From Acaryochloris marina MBIC11017 (GTDB lineage: Bacteria; Cyanobacteriota; Cyanobacteriia; Thermosynechococcales; Thermosynechococcaceae), in NCBI RefSeq assembly GCF_000018105.1, contig NC_009925.1, forward strand, positions 4,530,001 to 4,562,000: a stretch of 32,000 nt of DNA. Reading direction: 5' to 3'. A program made the position numbers and the translations under genes. Below the pieces are notes generated by a model. The model saw only the letters and a program-made list of their open reading frames with translations. It had not been told where the DNA came from and did not search any database. Below, piece after piece: positions 25,685-32,000 of the stretch (positions within the stretch are counted from its first letter, which is position 1; each line of letters begins with the position of its first letter).

Positions 25685-27007
25685 TTAAGATTCTTGGGCA
25701 AACTCTTCAGGATCCGTATCCCAATTCACCCAGCGAATGGCTTCCCGTGCGGACTGAATACTGGGGGGAACCCGAGTGGCGTGAATATAGCCTGTGCTAG
25801 GACAGGTCATCTTCAATAAATAAATCGGTTCCACATCAATCGCGGGGGAAATGCGCAACAGTGTATATTCTCGCCATGTATTCAGGGCTTCGGCCTGCAA
25901 TTCCTGACAAAGGCGGTCATAGCCAATCCCTTGAATCAACACCCGCCGCAGTTCGGCATTCTGTTCATGGATCAGCCAATCGGCCTTCCAGACATGGGGA
26001 TGGACGGTGCCATATCGCTCTGGGATTTGCACGCCATGAAACTGATAACTACGATAGCCGTCCGCAAACTGGAGGGCTGCCCCCCCTTCGTAGTGAAAGC
26101 GCCCTTCGGGGTCCGCATGGCACTGTATAGGCCGATCGAACACGACACACATCTGCTCAAAAGGAAGGATTAAACCGCAATGCGTGGATAGCGATCGCAA
26201 CTGTGTCCACGCTTCTGGCTCATGATCGCACTCTAGAACCTCAATGCAATAGTCCAAAAGAGCAGGATGTAAGACTTCAGAAGTTTGGGTTAAAGCCTGC
26301 CAGCCCATACCAACCAACCCCATGGTCGTGAGCATTTGCTGCATTCCCTGTTCCCAAGCCTGTACCTCAGGCTGTTGGCGAAAAGGGTGAATTACAGCAT
26401 CTTCCAAGGCCTGTCCTACCGGCTCTCCCCATTGCCACAGGGTCTCTCCCACATGGACCAGCAAGTCTCCGCCAGGCTGACTTTGAATCGCTTGTCGCCA
26501 CTCCGTTTGTTGCTGCTGCCACAGTTGGTCCCACAGACTGGGGGACCAACCTCCCCAGGGGGCCGTATCTTCTTCTACATGCTGGGTGTTCCACGCAAAC
26601 AGCTCAGCCAAAGGGGTCCAGGTAATCAGACTCAAATTTTGGGATAGGGTTGCTAATTCGGCAACTTTTAGGCGTTCACTAATTTCTACCAGCAATTCCG
26701 CCCGCAGCTGAGATCGAACTTGGTGACTGAGCTGTTTGGCTAAAGGAAGGGTCAACAAAGGGACCCCCCACTGGTTGAGCAGTTGATCAATCCGGCGTTC
26801 TTGCAGGTAAGCCTGGGCTTCTAAAGGGCCAGAAAAAAATAGAATTTCAGGTTGCCGCTTCCCCATCAGAGCATAGCTGCGCTGAATGGTTTGCTCCACT
26901 TGCTGCGTTTCAATGGGCGTTGTGGCGCAGGAAACCGCTAGCCAACGCTGAAAGAACGCTTCAATTTGTGCATCTTGAATGGGCGTTAAGGTATCAATCG
27001 GCCACAT
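25685..27007 (-). CDS. Hypothetical protein with a C-terminal DUF6745-like domain (family assignment from memory)
   Basis: The track ORF extends to 27169 across the upstream gene. ATG 27007 (MWPIDTLTPIQDAQIEAFFQRW) overlaps the upstream stop by 14 nt. The C-terminal part reads FHYEGGAALQFADGYRSYQFHGVQIP...NAELRRVLIQGIGYDRL...CPSTGYIHATRVPP...A.EAIRW. Confidence 0.75.
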   Translation of the reverse strand: MWPIDTLTPIQDAQIEAFFQRWLAVSCATTPIETQQVEQTIQRSYALMGKRQPEILFFSGPLEAQAYLQERRIDQLLNQWGVPLLTLPLAKQLSHQVRSQLRAELLVEISERLKVAELATLSQNLSLITWTPLAELFAWNTQHVEEDTAPWGGWSPSLWDQLWQQQQTEWRQAIQSQPGGDLLVHVGETLWQWGEPVGQALEDAVIHPFRQQPEVQAWEQGMQQMLTTMGLVGMGWQALTQTSEVLHPALLDYCIEVLECDHEPEAWTQLRSLSTHCGLILPFEQMCVVFDRPIQCHADPEGRFHYEGGAALQFADGYRSYQFHGVQIPERYGTVHPHVWKADWLIHEQNAELRRVLIQGIGYDRLCQELQAEALNTWREYTLLRISPAIDVEPIYLLKMTCPSTGYIHATRVPPSIQSAREAIRWVNWDTDPEEFAQES

Positions 27008-27305
27008 AGTGCCAACCTTCTGGCTCATATTCCCGTTGAATACGAACCTGCCAAGTCCCTTGAGGGATGGAGAGGGCGTTATGTTCTTCGTGGGTGAGGG
27101 TGGCTTCCGGTGAGAGAACCCGCAAGTAAAGGGTGCCATCCTTTTCATACAGCTCGGCTTGTCCTTCACTGATGCGATGGCTGTGTCCCGTCACTTCACC
27201 TTCCGCCAACGTCAAATGGGGAAGTTGCCGACCTAAGCTAGGCGTGGTGTTGGACAAAGGTCTGAGGATTACATCACCTTGACGAATGGGTTGCATCTCT
27301 GTCAT
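26994..27305 (-). CDS. Small beta-rich hypothetical protein (about 103 aa)
   Basis: The track ORF starts at 27335. GGAGGA lies 12 nt upstream of ATG 27305 (MTEMQPIRQGDV), so I prefer that start. Conserved-looking motifs are QGDV, AEGEVTGHSH, THEEH and QREY. I recall similar small proteins in phage and bacterial genomes but cannot name a family. Confidence 0.6.
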   Translation of the reverse strand: MTEMQPIRQGDVILRPLSNTTPSLGRQLPHLTLAEGEVTGHSHRISEGQAELYEKDGTLYLRVLSPEATLTHEEHNALSIPQGTWQVRIQREYEPEGWHYVAD

Positions 27306-27859
27306 CTCTCTAATGTCTCCTCCATTGTGGCACATGCATTTAAGAGATCTTCAAGGCTCCATTTCTCCTTTATACGCAAGTGGTTTCGGGGTATATTCCA
27401 CGGACGAACTTAGCTAAAATACCTGACCCGCATAGCATTCCACCGAAGCAGACTAAAATGGCTTCAGCCTTTAGCTTGACGTTCGATTAGGAGTGCAAAT
27501 ATCTCAAACTCAATCCTGTAAATGGATTCCAATATTCTTAACCCTTGAGCAGTTTGAGACATTTGTCTTGCCCCATTTACACATCGGCAGCCGAGGTCCC
27601 CAACCAGAGCTTTCTTGGCATACCATCTTCAACTATAGTCTGAAGTCCCTGCATACGGGATGTCAGTGAAAACAGCTGCCCATTGAAAATAGCCCACACT
27701 TTGTTGAGGCGCAATCTGGCAATTTTAAAGAGTTTGGCTAACCATACCTAACACTTTCTTGTTCGACACTTTCTTGCTCGGAGCACCTAAATTGCCCCAT
27801 ATCTCAGCTTTGGTTGTTTTAGACCAAATGAGAGGAGAAAAAAAATGTAAAAAGGAAAA

Positions 27860-30800
27860 TTAGACAAGTGTAACGTGAGTATTTATGTTGAAGCCCACTT
27901 GATTGGTAAGAATAGCCAACGTATCACTGTAAGCCCCCCCCACAAACAGCTCACCTGTAGCTGCATTGAACGTAATATCACTGAGGCTCGTCACCCCAAA
28001 AGAAGCTTGGGAAATCTCGATAATATCTCCCTGGTTAGCGTTGAAGTCTGTAATGCGGTCAATTCCTCCTGTAGCAGCGAGCCCAGCAAAAGCGAAAGTA
28101 TCCGCATCGGCTCCGCCAGTGAGGATATCGTTACCTGCTCCCCCCACAAGTCGGTCGTTTCCAGTTCCGCCAATTAAGATATCGTCAACGCTGTTAGAAA
28201 GCGATACTATGACTTGACTTTCTCCAAAACCGATCACATCGGCTTGACCATCTCCATTTACATCAGCTAATTGTCGAGGATAACGGTCGTCGCTTGTCCA
28301 GCCGCCTTTTGTATGGGTAAATACATCAGTGGCAGTAAAAGCAGTCCCAAAGGTGCCATCACTTTGTCCTAACGACACGACGACGGAGCGATAGCCAAAG
28401 CCAACAATGTCCGCGCGACCATCTCCATTCATATCGGCCAACTGTCGTGGGAAGCGGTCGTTGCTGGTCCAACCACCACCTGTATTTGAAAATAAATCGG
28501 TAGCCGTAAAAGCAGTCCCAAAGGTGCCATCACTTTGTCCTAACGACACGACGACGGAGCGATAGCCAAAGCCAACAATGTCCGCACGACCATCTCCATT
28601 CACATCGGCCAACTGTCGTGGGAGGCGGTCGTTGCTAGTCCAACCACCACCTACACTAGAAAATAAATCGGTAGCCGTAAATGCAGTGCCAAAGGTGCCA
28701 TCACTTTGTCCTAACGACACGGCGACGGAGCGATAGCCAAAGCCAACAATGTCCGCGCGACCATCTCCATTCACATCGGCTAACTGTCGTGGGAAGCGGT
28801 CGTTGCTAGTCCAACCACCACCTGTATTTGAAAATAAATCGGTAGCCGTAAATGCAGTGCCAAAGGTGCCATCACTTTGTCCTAACGATACGATGACGGA
28901 GCGATAGCCAAAGCCAACAATGTCCGCACGACCATCTCCATTCACATCGGCTAACTGTCGTGGGAAGCGGTCGTTGCTAGTCCAACCACCACCTGTATTT
29001 GAAAATAAATCGGTAGCCGTAAATGCAGTGCCAAAGGTGCCATCACTTTGTCCTAACGACACGACGACGGAGCGATAGCCAAAGCCAACAATGTCTGCGC
29101 GACCATCTCCATTCACATCGGCCAGCTGTCTTGGGAAGCGATCGTTGCTGGTCCACCCCCCATTCGCAAGAGTAAAGGCAGTAGTAGCAGAAATTATTCT
29201 GCCGAAGGCTATAGCATCAGAGTTGATTGCTCCGTTACTTACTCCATCGATAAGAACATCATCACCTGCACCGCCTTCTAGGATATCTGCTCCCAGTCCA
29301 CCGATGAGGGTGTCATTACCGTCATTACCGATGAGACTATCATTCCCCTCCCCTGCATCGATGTTTTCTGCTTGGCTGCTTCCAGAAATGGTATCGTTGC
29401 CACCGTTAGTCTTGATAAGAATTGGCGGACTCGTGATTAAACTGGTAGGGACGGTAATTGTGTTGGTTCCATCCCCTGTTGCACCAGCTATGGTGTGACC
29501 CAGTAGATTATTGGGGTCATGAATGGTGACATTGGTTCCATCTGAAGAAATTGACAAATTATCGTTGTCGGTAATGAAGGCATCGGTGATAATCAGATTG
29601 CCAGAGCTGTCTAAAGAGACCAACGTGTCATAAACGCCATTGATCGTGACGGTTGCAGTTTGTGGGGTATTGCCACCATTGCCATCAGAGACAACGTAAC
29701 TGTATGTGATAACTTCACTTTCGCCTACTGCCAATGAGTTGTAGGCATTCGGGTTAACTTCTAGACGATTGCCATTGACCGTCACTCCAGATGCATCACC
29801 ACTGGTTACGGTGAGGCTACTGACATTGATCGTGTCAGTCGTATCTGGATCTGAGGCTCTTGCTAGAAGGTCTACGTTGAAGGTGCCATCATCTTCAGTG
29901 GCTGTGGCTGTAACGGCGGAGGCTACGATAGGTGCATCATTGGCACCTGTAATAGTGACGGTTGCAGTTTGTGGGATATTGCCACCATTGCCATCAGAGA
30001 CAACGTAGCTATAGACGATAACTTCACTTTCACCTACCGCTAGGGCATTGTAGGCACTGGGGTTAACTTCTAGACGATTGCCATTAACCGTCACCCCAGA
30101 CGCATCACCACTGGTTACGGTCAAATTAATCGCATTGAGTGTGTCAGTCGTATCTGGATCTGAGGCTCCTGCTAGAAGGTCTACGTTGAAGGTGCCATCA
30201 TCTTCAGTGGCTGTGGCTGTAACGGCGGAGGCTACGATAGGTGCATCATTGGCACCTGTAATAGTGACGGTTGCAGTTTGTGGGATATTGCCACCATTGC
30301 CATCAGAGACAACGTAGCTATAGACGATAACTTCACTTTCACCTACCGCTAGGGCATTGTAGGCACTGGGGTTAACTTCTAGACGATTGCCATTAACCGT
30401 CACCCCAGACGCATCACCACTGGTTACGGTCAAATTAATCGCATTGAGTGTGTCAGTCGTATCTGGATCTGAGGCTCCTGCTAGAAGGTCTACGTTGAAG
30501 GTGGCAGCATCTTCCGAGGCTGTGGCTGTGACAGCGGCTGCTACGACAGGTGCATCATTAGCACCTGTAATCGTGATGGTTGCAGTTTGTGGGGTATTGC
30601 CACCATTGCCATCCGAGACAACGTAGCTATAGACAATAACTTCGCTTTCGCCTACTGCCAGTGAGTTGTAGGCAGTGGGATTAATCTGAAGGCTGTTGCC
30701 ATTGACCGTCACTCCAGATGCATTTCCACTGGTTACGGTGAGGCTACTGACATTGATCGTGTCAGTCGTATCTGGATCTGAGGTTCCTGCTAGAAGGTCT

Positions 30801-32000
30801 ACGTTGAAGGTGGCAGCATCTTCAGAGGCTGTGGCTGTAACGGCGGAGGCTACGATAGGTGCATCATTGGCACCTGTAATAGTGACGGTTGCAGTTTGTG
30901 GGATATTGCCACCATTGCCATCAGAGACAACGTAGCTATAGACGATAACTTCACTTTCACCTACCGCTAGGGCATTGTAGGCACTGGGGTTAACTTCTAG
31001 ACGATTGCCATTAACCGTCACCCCAGACGCATCACCACTGGTTACGGTCAAATTAATCGCATTGAGTGTGTCAGTCGTATCTGGATCTGAGGCTCCTGCT
31101 AGAAGGTCTACGTTGAAGGTGGCAGCATCTTCCGAGGCTGTGGCTGTGACAGCGGCTGCTACGACAGGCGCATCATTAGCACCTGTAATCGTGATGGTTG
31201 CAGTTTGTGGGGTATTGCCATCATTGCCATCCGAGACAACGTAGCTATAGACGATAACTTCGCTTTCGCCTACTGCTAGGGAGTTATAAGCACTGGGGTT
31301 CACCTGCAGACTGTTGCCATTGACCGTCACTCCAGACGCATCACCACTGGTAACAGTGAGGTTACTGACATTGATCGTGTCAGTCGTATCAGGATCTGTA
31401 GCGCCCGCTAAAAGGCTTACGTTGAAGGTGGCAGTATCTTCAGTGGCTGTGGCTGTGACAGCGGCTGCTACGACAGGTGCATCATTGGCACCTGTGATCG
31501 TGACCGTAGCGGTTTGAGGGACAGACCCCCCATTCCCATCAGTGATGTTGTAGCTATAGACGATAACTTCACTTTCGCCTTCTGCCAGTGAGTTGTAGGC
31601 AGTGGGATTAATCTGAAGGCTGTTGCCATTAACCGTCACCCCAGACGCATCACCACTGGTTACGGTCAAATTAATCGCATTGAGTGTGTCAGTCGTATCT
31701 GGATCGGTGGCTCCCTGTAGAAGGTCTACGTTGAAGGTGGCAGCATCTTCAGAGGCTGTGGCTGTGACAGCGGCTGCTACAACAGGTGCATCATTGACAC
31801 CCGAGACAGTGACGGTGACGGTTGCTGAGGCACTGGTGGCATTGGACTCACCACTGTTATCAGTGGCAGTGTAGGTAAAGCTAACATCTCGCATTTCGCC
31901 CGCGGCCAAGTTTTGGAAGGCACTGCCGGGGTTAAAGGTGAAGGTACCATTGTTGTTGTTAACGACACTGCCTTCGCTGAGACTACTTGTGATGTTAAAG
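27860..32000 (-). CDS. Giant repetitive RTX-type adhesin, a probable type I secretion substrate. The domain order is VCBS/cadherin-like 103-aa repeats, RTX nonapeptides, a six-blade FG-GAP-like repeat block, and RTX plus a C-terminal tail. The 5' end lies beyond the window.
   Basis: The track starts it at TTG 31909, but the frame stays open to base 32000 ([38 protein letters not shown]). There are at least 7 units ending in GANDAPV. The RTX runs are [24 protein letters not shown] and [26 protein letters not shown]. The FG-GAP-type blades carry [14 protein letters not shown]. Confidence 0.92.
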   Translation of the reverse strand, partial: FNITSSLSEGSVVNNNNGTFTFNPGSAFQNLAAGEMRDVSFTYTATDNSGESNATSASATVTVTVSGVNDAPVVAAAVTATASEDAATFNVDLLQGATDPDTTDTLNAINLTVTSGDASGVTVNGNSLQINPTAYNSLAEGESEVIVYSYNITDGNGGSVPQTATVTITGANDAPVVAAAVTATATEDTATFNVSLLAGATDPDTTDTINVSNLTVTSGDASGVTVNGNSLQVNPSAYNSLAVGESEVIVYSYVVSDGNDGNTPQTATITITGANDAPVVAAAVTATASEDAATFNVDLLAGASDPDTTDTLNAINLTVTSGDASGVTVNGNRLEVNPSAYNALAVGESEVIVYSYVVSDGNGGNIPQTATVTITGANDAPIVASAVTATASEDAATFNVDLLAGTSDPDTTDTINVSSLTVTSGNASGVTVNGNSLQINPTAYNSLAVGESEVIVYSYVVSDGNGGNTPQTATITITGANDAPVVAAAVTATASEDAATFNVDLLAGASDPDTTDTLNAINLTVTSGDASGVTVNGNRLEVNPSAYNALAVGESEVIVYSYVVSDGNGGNIPQTATVTITGANDAPIVASAVTATATEDDGTFNVDLLAGASDPDTTDTLNAINLTVTSGDASGVTVNGNRLEVNPSAYNALAVGESEVIVYSYVVSDGNGGNIPQTATVTITGANDAPIVASAVTATATEDDGTFNVDLLARASDPDTTDTINVSSLTVTSGDASGVTVNGNRLEVNPNAYNSLAVGESEVITYSYVVSDGNGGNTPQTATVTINGVYDTLVSLDSSGNLIITDAFITDNDNLSISSDGTNVTIHDPNNLLGHTIAGATGDGTNTITVPTSLITSPPILIKTNGGNDTISGSSQAENIDAGEGNDSLIGNDGNDTLIGGLGADILEGGAGDDVLIDGVSNGAINSDAIAFGRIISATTAFTLANGGWTSNDRFPRQLADVNGDGRADIVGFGYRSVVVSLGQSDGTFGTAFTATDLFSNTGGGWTSNDRFPRQLADVNGDGRADIVGFGYRSVIVSLGQSDGTFGTAFTATDLFSNTGGGWTSNDRFPRQLADVNGDGRADIVGFGYRSVAVSLGQSDGTFGTAFTATDLFSSVGGGWTSNDRLPRQLADVNGDGRADIVGFGYRSVVVSLGQSDGTFGTAFTATDLFSNTGGGWTSNDRFPRQLADMNGDGRADIVGFGYRSVVVSLGQSDGTFGTAFTATDVFTHTKGGWTSDDRYPRQLADVNGDGQADVIGFGESQVIVSLSNSVDDILIGGTGNDRLVGGAGNDILTGGADADTFAFAGLAATGGIDRITDFNANQGDIIEISQASFGVTSLSDITFNAATGELFVGGAYSDTLAILTNQVGFNINTHVTLV
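28195..29165. repeat. 171-bp (57-aa) tandem array of about 5.7 units encoding FG-GAP-like blades
   Basis: The period was measured from GATAGCCAAAGCCAACAATGTCCGC at 28390 and 28561. In the one pair of adjacent units I counted, they differ at about 12 of 171 positions, with the differences clustered at the blade junction. Confidence 0.93.
29640..32000. repeat. 309-bp (103-aa) tandem array of at least 7 units encoding VCBS/cadherin-like domains, which continues past the window edge
   Basis: Antisense shadow ORFs start at 29769, 30078, 30387, 30696, 31005, 31314 and 31623, exactly 309 bp apart. The stretch 29860-30194 is identical to 30169-30503. Confidence 0.95.

Noticed and set aside
15083-27305. 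Treating the FHA locus and the WGR/SWIM cassette as one single system
   Set aside because: They are separated by a convergent 230-bp AT-rich spacer and a compositionally distinct lipoprotein gene, and they are transcribed towards each other. Nothing in the sequence links them, so I report them separately.
29769-31874. Seven 67-83-aa plus-strand ORFs ([15 protein letters not shown]...) spaced exactly 309 bp apart
   Set aside because: They are antisense images of the adhesin repeat unit. Their periodicity only mirrors the coding repeat on the minus strand, so they are neither a gene family nor a CRISPR-like array.
28195-32000. Possibility that the regular 171-bp and 309-bp repeats are a CRISPR array or satellite DNA
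   Set aside because: The repeats are contiguous with no unique spacers, are multiples of 3 nt, and translate in one frame into known extracellular domain types. They are coding tandem repeats.

Overview
This is a cyanobacterial chromosomal segment. I found 12 perfect copies of the HIP1 octamer GCGATCGC, and overall G+C is about 50% by eye. I call 25 protein-coding genes, one tRNA-Val(GAC) and several repeat or structure features. Two of the genes are cut by the window edges and so are missing from the ORF track.

The left ~15 kb is mainly housekeeping or metabolic:
- leuC, a SUI1/YciH-like factor, a cupin and tRNA-Val
- a COG4551-type LMW-PTP-like gene and purU
- an HlyD-like gene coupled to a PilZ-cellulose synthase
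- a NUDIX hydrolase
- an FGGY kinase translationally coupled to a 2OG-Fe(II) oxygenase

The right ~17 kb looks accessory:
- A locus encoding three different FHA-domain fusions (FHA-PrsW protease, FHA-zinc ribbon, FHA-flavoprotein) plus a small membrane protein.
- A minus-strand cassette: a small beta-rich protein, a DUF6745-like protein, a 1078-aa WGR/HEAT-repeat protein and a SWIM zinc-finger protein. An AT-rich lipoprotein gene follows it.
- A giant RTX/VCBS/FG-GAP adhesin gene built from near-identical 309-bp and 171-bp tandem units, which runs off the right edge.

The WGR/SWIM cassette and the triple-FHA locus are my best candidates for an uncharacterised system. Neither contains a recognisable ATPase, nuclease or kinase, so every functional statement about them is a hypothesis. 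All domain calls come from reading motifs by eye. No database search was run.
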